A DNA stretch of 64,000 nt from a virus (Duplodnaviria; Heunggongvirae; Uroviricota; Caudoviricetes), in IMG/VR virus record IMGVR_UViG_3300010234_000001, positions 50,612 through 114,611 of that record. One strand, 5' to 3'. Made by a program: the position numbers and the translations under genes. Shown in pieces: positions 9,158 to 16,277 of this stretch. How positions within the stretch are numbered: the first letter of the stretch is position 1; every line of letters begins with the position of its first letter. Under the pieces are notes generated by a model. The model had not been told where the DNA came from. It made no database searches and worked only from the letters and a program-made list of their open reading frames with translations.

Positions 9158-9457
9158 TCAACCGAATCTGGACATAAAAACCGTTTTCGGCCATTCCGAA
9201 AACGTATCAAACGAGATAAGCCCGGAACCAAAATTGTAGTCAATAGATCGCACGAATTCCTTAGCCAATTCAATCGGAATTGCCGTTTCACCTTCCACGA
9301 TTCGAATGACTTCAACAAGCGCCATGCGGGGAACAATATGGCGCATAGACCTGATAATCGCAATCTTGCGAGAGTTATCATGAATCGTTATCCGCGCCGA
9401 ATTAAGTTCAACATTCGATTCAGTGTAAGAAATCATTCCATGCCAGTCATTTTTCAT
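9158..9457 (-). CDS. Hypothetical protein, 99 aa
   Basis: After repeat 9481-9523. Confidence 0.6.
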   Translation of the reverse strand: MKNDWHGMISYTESNVELNSARITIHDNSRKIAIIRSMRHIVPRMALVEVIRIVEGETAIPIELAKEFVRSIDYNFGSGLISFDTFSEWPKTVFMSRFG

Positions 9458-9527
9458 AATTGAGTCCTTTCCTGTCTATCTTTCGATGATTGGAATATTG
9501 CACGTTTTGATTCGCGTGTCAACAAAA

Positions 9528-9582
9528 AAATGCCGGTCATGCGATCACGGCTTTTGAGTCCACTCACACACAACCGGCATTT
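9528..9582 (-). terminator. Terminator-like stem (10 bp, large loop) followed by U-run
   Basis: aaatgccggt 9528-9537 / accggcattt 9573-9582; plus-strand A-run 9524-9530 gives a U-tract on the minus strand. Confidence 0.55.
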
Positions 9583-9665
9583 GATCCCGAAATCCGCATA
9601 GCTTCCACTAGTCAAACCTAGCTACCTCACAATGCGGCGTTCACCATTAAAGCTATTCGGGAAAC

Positions 9666-10151
9666 CTAGAAATTATAATCATGAAACTTTACCGGATTTT
9701 TGCTTGCCCTATAAAGTCCCTGCGCCCAACCCTTAGCACCGAGTCGCACCTTGGAAGCGCTGCCACAAATGCCGCCATAAATCCACTGTTGCTCCCGGTT
9801 ATTCGTGCAATGACCGGCAAAACCGCCCGGAACGATTTCCGGCTTCCATTCCGGATTTCGCTTTGCTTCAACCGGCGCAATCGTCACGGTTTTGCCACTC
9901 TTCGTAATCGCAATAACCTTGAACGGATTCACGTCCGAAAACAAGTGCTGATTGATATAATCACCGACTTTCACTTCGCGGCCGACCATGTAACGATCAA
10001 TTGCAAAACTTGTCTTAATCACAACCGGCACGATTCCCGTAAGCGCACGGCCAATCCTTTCGGCTTCGATTGCGGCATCTTCGGCCGTTTCAAATCGTCC
10101 GAATTCGGGCAGCGGAATATATGAGCCGTTATCGCGTTTCGTGTCAATCAT
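9666..10151 (-). CDS. Hypothetical phage protein, 161 aa
   Basis: Start MIDTKR after palindromic repeat 10175-10217. Confidence 0.7.
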   Translation of the reverse strand: MIDTKRDNGSYIPLPEFGRFETAEDAAIEAERIGRALTGIVPVVIKTSFAIDRYMVGREVKVGDYINQHLFSDVNPFKVIAITKSGKTVTIAPVEAKRNPEWKPEIVPGGFAGHCTNNREQQWIYGGICGSASKVRLGAKGWAQGLYRASKNPVKFHDYNF

Positions 10152-10225
10152 GATTGAGTCCTTTTCTGTCCGTCTTTCGATGGTCCGGAGCCTACTAGGC
10201 TCCGGACCGATTGTCAAGCGGTTTT

Positions 10226-10396
10226 TTATCGCGTGGAAATCCACCGATTAACGCGCGACTCCGGATGCGTATCGTTCATAAACTTGGCGTGGTCCAGAAG
10301 AAACGCGTTGACATTGTAACCCGCCTTTGTAACGCGTTCCTTAATTTCCGTAATGTTAAGGTCGCTCTCACGATTCGACTTATATTCGTAAGACAT
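10226..10396 (-). CDS. Hypothetical protein, 56 aa, not in ORF track
   Basis: After repeat 10413-10455 and an AGGAAA RBS. Confidence 0.55.
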   Translation of the reverse strand: MSYEYKSNRESDLNITEIKERVTKAGYNVNAFLLDHAKFMNDTHPESRVNRWISTR

Positions 10397-10433
10397 TTGA
10401 TTTCCTTTCTTGTTTCGATGATTTGGTTATAGC

Positions 10434-10661
10434 CTAACGATTCGCCTTTGTCAAGCTATTATTTCGGACTTGTTCCAATGCATCCGCCATAGTGGAACGA
10501 TAGCCTAGAATCTTCCAACGTTGCCGCCCGTTGACGGTTGTGTAAGGCTCCACCTTGGCAAACATTGAAATCCAAGGCTCTTCCGTAATCAGGTAAGCGT
10601 TAAGCGCTTCCACGGCTGATATTTCGGACGTAAAACCGGAATCTACAATGATTTCCACCAT
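10434..10661 (-). CDS. Hypothetical protein, about 75 aa
   Basis: Third gene of the 11009-11051 unit; ATG lies just after the previous stop. Confidence 0.55.
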   Translation of the reverse strand: MVEIIVDSGFTSEISAVEALNAYLITEEPWISMFAKVEPYTTVNGRQRWKILGYRSTMADALEQVRNNSLTKANR

Positions 10662-10665
10662 AGCA

Positions 10666-10878
10666 TTAACAATAAAGTTCGTTAGCGTCAACCTTATAGT
10701 AACGCCCGACCGTCATGTTGCTCCGCATGTCTTTAATTGAGGCAAAATCGTTTTCGTCTGGCATGCTGAATCCGAGTGAATTCAATTCCGCTAGCATTCC
10801 TTCATATGAATCGAATGACGAAACCGAATCACGCTCGACTCCGTCATCCCAAAATGTCATGATAACAACCCAATGCAT
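10666..10878 (-). CDS. Hypothetical protein, 70 aa
   Basis: Start MHWVVIM immediately after the ArfA-like stop. Confidence 0.55.
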   Translation of the reverse strand: MHWVVIMTFWDDGVERDSVSSFDSYEGMLAELNSLGFSMPDENDFASIKDMRSNMTVGRYYKVDANELYC

Positions 10879-10879
10879 C

Positions 10880-10987
10880 TTACCAATCCTTTCGCTTACG
10901 ATTGTAAGAACCCTTCCCCTTGCGAGGCTTGATTTTCTTCGGCCGATACACGGCCGTCCGAACCATCTTGGCAATCGGATTTTTCAT
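10880..10987 (-). CDS. arfA: Minimal alternative ribosome rescue factor A (ArfA)-like peptide, 35 aa
   Basis: MKNPIAKMVRTAVYRPKKIKPRKGKGSYNRKRKDW aligns without gaps to the E. coli ArfA core [29 protein letters not shown] (as remembered); GGGAG RBS; own promoter 11009-11051. Confidence 0.75.
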   Translation of the reverse strand: MKNPIAKMVRTAVYRPKKIKPRKGKGSYNRKRKDW

Positions 10988-11081
10988 GTCTGAATCTCCC
11001 TGTCCGCGTTTCGATGATTCGGTTATAGCCTAACGATTCGCCCTTGTCAAGCACTAATAATACGTGGTTTTTATCGAATCA

Positions 11082-11381
11082 TTAAAAAAAAAGGTCGTCG
11101 TCCATTTCATATTCTTCATCCGTAAAAAAATGCTTATCCCATGCGTGAATCATGCCGAGTCCCATGGAATCCGAATGCATTGCGCCACCATGCAGCGCAG
11201 AAAAGCGGCCATCTTCGGCAATCCGCCAGATCACACTTTCCCAATCCGAATCGGACTTCACAACGATTCCAATTCCATCAAAGAAAAACCGGCCATGATA
11301 ATTTGGACGAACTTCGATATTAATATCGAGCGCCATATTAATCAGGAAGTCAAGAAATTCACTTCTATTAACCTTGTCCAT
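11082..11381 (-). CDS. Hypothetical acidic protein, 99 aa
   Basis: RBS present; DSMG motif seen in small phage proteins. Confidence 0.65.
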   Translation of the reverse strand: MDKVNRSEFLDFLINMALDINIEVRPNYHGRFFFDGIGIVVKSDSDWESVIWRIAEDGRFSALHGGAMHSDSMGLGMIHAWDKHFFTDEEYEMDDDLFF

Positions 11382-11383
11382 GT

Positions 11384-11560
11384 TTAGTTCCTTTCAATCA
11401 GAGTAAGATACCACGGGTCATAGTATCCGTCAACCCCCCCAAAAAATACTTTATACTGGATATTTCCATAAATATCCAGCGGATCAACTAGCGTAACAAC
11501 GCCAATAAAACCCGTAGACTCTTCCCGAACAATATCACCAACTTTAAATTCTGTATTCAT
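11384..11560 (-). CDS. Hypothetical SH3/KOW-like protein, 58 aa (MNTEFKVGDIV...), not in ORF track
   Basis: After repeat 11577-11618; FKVGD.V motif. Confidence 0.6.
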   Translation of the reverse strand: MNTEFKVGDIVREESTGFIGVVTLVDPLDIYGNIQYKVFFGGVDGYYDPWYLTLIERN

Positions 11561-11618
11561 CGGTTTCCCTTTCTAGTTCGATGGTCCGGTTATAGCCTAA
11601 CGATTCGCCCTTGTCAAG

Positions 11619-11828
11619 CTACATTTTGATCTTTTGTGAAATCTTTTCATAGGTGTCGCCAAGGGGATACCGGCCGAGAATCAAATCACCATTCGGCAAT
11701 CGAATCCACTTCAACTTACTCCATGTCTCTTTTTCATCCATAAGCATATCGGTTGCAAAATCAATGTTAGCATTGACCGAATACGAAATCACACGCTCGC
11801 CAGAATCATCGTATGTGTAATTTACCAT
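11619..11828 (-). CDS. Hypothetical protein, 69 aa
   Basis: Operonic ORF; stop abuts the next repeat. Confidence 0.55.
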   Translation of the reverse strand: MVNYTYDDSGERVISYSVNANIDFATDMLMDEKETWSKLKWIRLPNGDLILGRYPLGDTYEKISQKIKM

Positions 11829-11831
11829 GGG

Positions 11832-11999
11832 TCAAGACTCATCTTGGCGTGCTAGTTCCCTCTGGCGTTCGGCGATGGCGGCCCAAAGGTGTCTGCGGGC
11901 GAGGGCAGACACAAAGGCGGATTCCCGTTGCCAGAAAGCCGCGTCGGACACGTCGGCTGTCTCTGGCGGCATATCGTCAAGATACTTATTCAAAGTCAT
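11832..11999 (-). CDS. Hypothetical protein, 55 aa, not in ORF track
   Basis: AGGAG RBS; fills the gap between neighbouring genes. Confidence 0.55.
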   Translation of the reverse strand: MTLNKYLDDMPPETADVSDAAFWQRESAFVSALARRHLWAAIAERQRELARQDES

Positions 12000-12022
12000 T
12001 GGATTTGCTCCTATGTTGCAGT

Positions 12023-12292
12023 TTAAACGATTTCAAACATTGGTGCGGTAGCACTGGCGACAACCTCGCCGCCATAGACGTTCCGAATAACCTCAAACTT
12101 GCTGATATGCGGAACATATCCGGACAACTCCGACACGCGCCAGTTAGCACCGCCCGGTTGAAAGGATTTGTTGTAATCCTTCCTAGTCTGTTCCGCCCTA
12201 GCATCGGACGGGCGACCCTTCCACATGATATCATGCCAGCCCTTTTGATCACGATATCGGGCGCGATACTTCGGAGTGATTGACTTACCCAT
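12023..12292 (-). CDS. Hypothetical phage protein, 89 aa
   Basis: Start MGKSITP after repeat 12314-12356. Confidence 0.65.
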   Translation of the reverse strand: MGKSITPKYRARYRDQKGWHDIMWKGRPSDARAEQTRKDYNKSFQPGGANWRVSELSGYVPHISKFEVIRNVYGGEVVASATAPMFEIV

Positions 12293-12356
12293 TGTCCGTT
12301 TTCCTTTCCAACGTTTCGATGGTCCGGTTATAGCCGAACGATTTGGCTTTGTCAAC

Positions 12357-12602
12357 TCATGTTTCCAAGCCGGGCGGACGAATACTAATGACGGTTTCGA
12401 CCAGTTCACTAAGATCATCGCCGACAATGGCCCATGGGCCATTACTTCCATCTTCGGAAGGCAACTCGGAATCGTCATACGGCTCGCATACCATAAACTT
12501 GCCTGAAAATTTTGTGTTGATACGGAAATCCCGTTTCCCTACTATCCATCCGCGATTGCGAATAAATTCAATTTTTTCAGTCAAACTCGCATCGATTTTC
12601 AT
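12357..12602 (-). CDS. Hypothetical protein, 81 aa
   Basis: Start MKIDASL after repeat 12624-12669. Confidence 0.6.
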   Translation of the reverse strand: MKIDASLTEKIEFIRNRGWIVGKRDFRINTKFSGKFMVCEPYDDSELPSEDGSNGPWAIVGDDLSELVETVISIRPPGLET

Positions 12603-12679
12603 GATGTCAGGTTCCTTTCCTCGTTTCGATGGTCTGGAACCTAAACGATTTCGGACCAATTGTCAACCCTTTTTTTGGG

Positions 12680-12883
12680 TTACTCGCCGGAATCCATGAA
12701 GGCTTGAAATCCATCCTCAAGAGCTTGGACAAGCTCCGGATTGTTCCTTACTGATATCTGTAAAGCACCAACAACGCCAATAAAGATTTCCGTGATTGCC
12801 TCATCGTCGCCAATGATATCAAACAACTCCATACCACCGCAAAAAGCATCACGCATAAGACCAACTTTAGTTTCGCTATCCAT
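12680..12883 (-). CDS. Hypothetical protein, 67 aa
   Basis: AGGAG RBS before MDSETK. Confidence 0.6.
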   Translation of the reverse strand: MDSETKVGLMRDAFCGGMELFDIIGDDEAITEIFIGVVGALQISVRNNPELVQALEDGFQAFMDSGE

Positions 12884-12994
12884 AACAAAGTTCTCCTGTT
12901 TTTTTGTGTGAAATTGGACCGGGGACGCCAAACCCCGATAAATCGATTCGCCGCATTCGCTTCGGCATTCCAATTATTGAAGCTATCGCGTCCC

Positions 12995-13210
12995 CTAGCT
13001 GGCTTCAATTGGCTTGATTCGAAGGACAGAGTCCCCGCGAATCGAATTCAGTGAACCGTTCTGACCGAAATTGACCGGCACCTTGGAACCATCGTCAAGA
13101 GTGGCAACCCATGCGCCAGCCTTGCCGCCCTTCGGCCAATCACGCTCAATTGCGACATAACCCCAAGCCGCAGTCTTTGCGGCAATCGCGTTGCGCCACT
13201 CTTTTGCCAT
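12995..13210 (-). CDS. Hypothetical protein, 71 aa
   Basis: GAAGGGA RBS. Confidence 0.55.
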   Translation of the reverse strand: MAKEWRNAIAAKTAAWGYVAIERDWPKGGKAGAWVATLDDGSKVPVNFGQNGSLNSIRGDSVLRIKPIEAS

Positions 13211-13273
13211 GATTATATCCCTTCAAATGTTCGGGTTAAGGCGGGGATTCGTTCCCCGCCTTAACCCATGCCG

Positions 13274-13456
13274 TTACTCGCTCGCGTGCTCCGCGATCTT
13301 CGCAACCAGATCGGCCGAAATCTCGACGCGCGAACCGTCCTTTGCGACCAGCGACACGTTGCCGTTGTCCTCATCCGCAAACACGATGTGCGGGACGAAC
13401 TCCACCGGAACCCGAGTGCCGCGAGTCTTGAAAAGCTGAAGAGTGTTCTCGTTCAT
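13274..13456 (-). CDS. Hypothetical protein, 60 aa
   Basis: After repeat 13495-13538. Confidence 0.55.
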   Translation of the reverse strand: MNENTLQLFKTRGTRVPVEFVPHIVFADEDNGNVSLVAKDGSRVEISADLVAKIAEHASE

Positions 13457-13692
13457 GATATTTTCCTTTCCTGTTATGGGCGGGTCATCCGCCCTTTCGA
13501 TGATTGGAATGTAGCCTAGTCCGATCCGAATGTCAACCGATTTTTTAAGTTTCGTTCGATTTTTTTTCTGACTGGTCCAAGCCGCTTCCCTTTGGCCGGG
13601 GGACGCTTCATCGCCCTTCCGATGATTAGAATATAGGGGAACCCGATTCGAAAGTCAACACCTATTTTCACTTTTTTCGGACAACATGACAT

Positions 13693-13730
13693 AAAAAAAG
13701 AGTGATGCGGGCATAGTCCCGCATCACTCT
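13693..13730 (-). terminator. Rho-independent terminator after ardA
   Basis: 13-bp stem agagtgatgcggg 13699-13711 / cccgcatcactct 13718-13730 plus U-run on the minus strand. Confidence 0.8.
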
Positions 13731-13763
13731 ATGTCTCACCGGTCGGCACAACCTCTAAACACC

Positions 13764-14303
13764 CTACCCCGGCGAGAAAACCCAAGTATAACCATTATAT
13801 TCGTGGAACGTCCAACCATCGTAACTCATATCGCGGGCCATCTTTTCGTAATCGATGTAATTTTCCAGATGTTCCGGAATGTTCGACGTTTCCAGAGTGA
13901 TTTCGCGCGCAAAGTCGGCGGGCCAATTAAACTTGCCATGATACGAATCGCGCGCTTCATCAATATAACCATTTTCATCAATGGCACACTGATATACATC
14001 AATCAACTCGCGGTCATCATCATCCAGATTGATGTAATTATCCCACAAATCCGAATCAATGTGATCAATGATTGGAGTATCGCCATTATTTTTGATGAAG
14101 CTATCCGGAACACCATGGGCGGTCATGATGCGAACGGCAACGTCCCCGTCATGTTCCTCAAGTCCAAGGGATTCGCGAACCTCTTCATTCATATCATCCC
14201 AATCAGTTACGGATTCAAGATCATACCAAACGGACGGCTTGCCTGCATTGATGCGGGTGGCCGTGTTGACACAAATTGCGAATTCGGCGTTTTCCATTTT
14301 CAA
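13764..14303 (-). CDS. ardA: ArdA-like antirestriction (DNA-mimic) protein, 179 aa
   Basis: Highly acidic; C-terminal Y.G.F....DFA.E......IPE.L..YIDYE..ARD motif of ArdA. Confidence 0.8.
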   Translation of the reverse strand: MKMENAEFAICVNTATRINAGKPSVWYDLESVTDWDDMNEEVRESLGLEEHDGDVAVRIMTAHGVPDSFIKNNGDTPIIDHIDSDLWDNYINLDDDDRELIDVYQCAIDENGYIDEARDSYHGKFNWPADFAREITLETSNIPEHLENYIDYEKMARDMSYDGWTFHEYNGYTWVFSPG

Positions 14304-14357
14304 TTCTCCATGTCCGTCGTTTTGATGATTGTGTTATAGCCGAACGAATCCGCATTG

Positions 14358-14582
14358 TCAAGCGGATTTTGCGAATCCGGCCATGTAAGTGATAGCACCA
14401 AACACCACCCAAAGAGGCGCATTGATTCCAAGCGGCTCTAGAATGGAGTAGAAAATCCAACCAAACCCGAGAATCTGAATCACGAATCCATTGACCGCGC
14501 CGATCATGAAACCGGCAATCGGAATGAAAACGACCCTTATCGCCAACTCAATAAAAACTGAAAACCGCGATTCGTCTGCCAT
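14358..14582 (-). CDS. Small membrane protein, 74 aa
   Basis: Hydrophobic helices; after repeat 14605-14647. Confidence 0.6.
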   Translation of the reverse strand: MADESRFSVFIELAIRVVFIPIAGFMIGAVNGFVIQILGFGWIFYSILEPLGINAPLWVVFGAITYMAGFAKSA

Positions 14583-14672
14583 AATTGTGTGTGCTCCATT
14601 TCCGTTTTGATACACACAACATAGGGCAAACGAATCACAATGTCAAGCGAAAAAAAGGAAAAGACCGCAAAA

Positions 14673-14747
14673 TGGTGCACCCTATATCCGGGAATCGAAC
14701 CCGAAAATGAACAGTATAAAAGACTGCCACCATATCCCAAATTATAG
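14673..14747 (-). ncRNA. Degenerate tRNA-Lys(UUU)-like element
   Basis: T-arm tcggg-TTCGATT-cccgg; anticodon arm gcagt-CTTTTAT-actgt; terminal ACCA; D-arm short and acceptor stem irregular. Confidence 0.5.
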
Positions 14748-14794
14748 CATTTTGCGGCCCCCATCGGGGCTTCAACGCGTTTGAAGTTCCCGAA

Positions 14795-15034
14795 TTACTT
14801 GTTGTTGGTATTCGTCTGAATCGACTTGAAGAATCCGCCCAAGAATCCGAGACCGCCACCAATCTGCCATAGCGGCATGCCGGTGATTCCAAACTTGGAC
14901 AGCAACGCGAGGGCCATCCAGTCCAGCCCGAACAGAGCCAAAACCCAACCGCCGAACATTCCGCCAAGCGTGCCGACCAAAGGCAACACCAGCAAAAGCG
15001 CAACGAAACCCACAGCACCAAGAAATACAACCAT
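14795..15034 (-). CDS. Small Gly-rich membrane protein, 79 aa
   Basis: Hydrophobic and Gly-rich; after repeat 15055-15097. Confidence 0.65.
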   Translation of the reverse strand: MVVFLGAVGFVALLLVLPLVGTLGGMFGGWVLALFGLDWMALALLSKFGITGMPLWQIGGGLGFLGGFFKSIQTNTNNK

Positions 15035-15092
15035 TTTATTTTCCTTTCTGTTACTTTCGATAATTGAAACCTAGCACAAGGCTAGTGGCTTG

Positions 15093-15302
15093 TCAAGTGA
15101 AAAATCCGGCAATCGCCGCGACTAGCAGGCTTCCGCCAACCAGAATCGGCCCGACGAATATCGCGTACCCTAGCCATGCCATGCCAGCACCGGGACCGGG
15201 CGGTAGAATTGCGGTTTCCAATCCCGGAACGAACAATACCACGTAAGGAATTGCGAATAACCCGGCTAAAACTAGCGCTATAACTTGTACTGCACGCATC
15301 AC
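15093..15302 (-). CDS. Small membrane protein, 69 aa
   Basis: Two hydrophobic segments; 4-nt start/stop overlap with upstream gene. Confidence 0.6.
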   Translation of the reverse strand: MMRAVQVIALVLAGLFAIPYVVLFVPGLETAILPPGPGAGMAWLGYAIFVGPILVGGSLLVAAIAGFFT

Positions 15303-15709
15303 GAAACTCTTTCCAATTCGCCGCGCAAGATGGCGGAACGGGTTTCCAGTCTAATCAATTCGGCTAGTTTCGCTGCCATTTCTTCGGCTTGTTTCGTTCT
15401 GATCGATTCATTATACACTTCCGTTATACGAGCCAAACGGGTGTCTCTGTTTCGAGAAAAGAATCTCCGAGGTAGATAATGCGTTTCCGTATTAAAACAA
15501 CCGTATGACGATAGGTCTTGAACAATTTGCACATTCCGACCACAATCTCTCCAATCATAAACCCCATGACAAATCGCAATATTGAATATATCACAATAAT
15601 CCGAAAAGACTTTATCAACATGATCATCCGTCAAAAAATCTTCCGGAACGCGTCCGGTCCCATTACAATGCGGGCATTCAATTGTATCGCACATTTTACC
15701 ATCCTTCAT
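15299..15709 (-). CDS. Hypothetical protein with CPHCNGTG zinc-finger-like motif, about 136 aa
   Basis: DnaJ-type CxxCxGxG motif; operonic. Confidence 0.6.
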   Translation of the reverse strand: MKDGKMCDTIECPHCNGTGRVPEDFLTDDHVDKVFSDYCDIFNIAICHGVYDWRDCGRNVQIVQDLSSYGCFNTETHYLPRRFFSRNRDTRLARITEVYNESIRTKQAEEMAAKLAELIRLETRSAILRGELERVS

Positions 15710-15917
15710 CGATAAGGTTTTGCAAGGCATCCAAAGCATTTGGAACGCTTTCGATATCCGGAACGGTTACGGAATTATATTCCGCATGAACAAAATTTGA
15801 AACACTTTCGTTGCAATATTTGACAATCACTTTAGCCTCATTTTCGTGGCTTACCGGAACGATCTTATCGAATCCGGAACGACGAAAATGAATCCTTACT
15901 TTGTAGTACGTGCTCAT
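15696..15917 (-). CDS. Hypothetical protein, 73 aa
   Basis: Overlapping operonic ORF. Confidence 0.55.
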   Translation of the reverse strand: MSTYYKVRIHFRRSGFDKIVPVSHENEAKVIVKYCNESVSNFVHAEYNSVTVPDIESVPNALDALQNLIDEGW

Positions 15918-16123
15918 AGCATGCCATCCTTTCCGCGTGCGAGGAACATGAAAATCTCAATTTCTATGTCCCTTATACCATCACAACGACTGACTGTCAA
16001 GCCATGTTCGTCACAATATTCGAGAATCATATCGGCCATAACCCCGGCGTGTTCCGAGAATGGATGATCGATATTTTCCATCGCTTCCAGCATGGCATTG
16101 CCTTCCCGGTTACGAATTGTCAT
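15914..16123 (-). CDS. Hypothetical protein, up to 69 aa
   Basis: Overlapping operonic ORF. Confidence 0.55.
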   Translation of the reverse strand: MTIRNREGNAMLEAMENIDHPFSEHAGVMADMILEYCDEHGLTVSRCDGIRDIEIEIFMFLARGKDGML

Positions 16124-16277
16124 GGCTCAATTCCTTTACAAGATCATCCGCGCTATACCCTTGCGCAAAGCACATTGCAACCCAATGCCTGTACTCATCG
16201 AAGTTTTCAACAAGATCGACTGGCGGAATGGCGGCATAAACCCGCTCAAAGTCAAGAATTCCGTAAAACTTAACCAT
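16110..16277 (-). CDS. Hypothetical protein, 55 aa, not in ORF track
   Basis: After repeat 16300-16345 and a GGAG RBS. Confidence 0.55.
   Translation of the reverse strand: MVKFYGILDFERVYAAIPPVDLVENFDEYRHWVAMCFAQGYSADDLVKELSHDNS

Noticed and set aside
3579-10244. Shared N-termini such as MWHNTIIE, MAYSNHRK and MCYATLSGESQP in track ORFs as a peptide family
   Set aside because: They are translations of the promoter repeat itself; true starts lie downstream of the RBS.
11401-11440. Additional promoter unit (GGTTGAC-N17-GTATCT)
   Set aside because: It lies wholly inside the 58-aa ORF 11384-11560 and lacks the leader box; dual use is possible but it was not counted.
14673-14747. Intact functional tRNA gene
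   Set aside because: The D-arm is too short and the acceptor stem irregular, so it is reported only as tRNA-like. No other tRNA or rRNA was seen.
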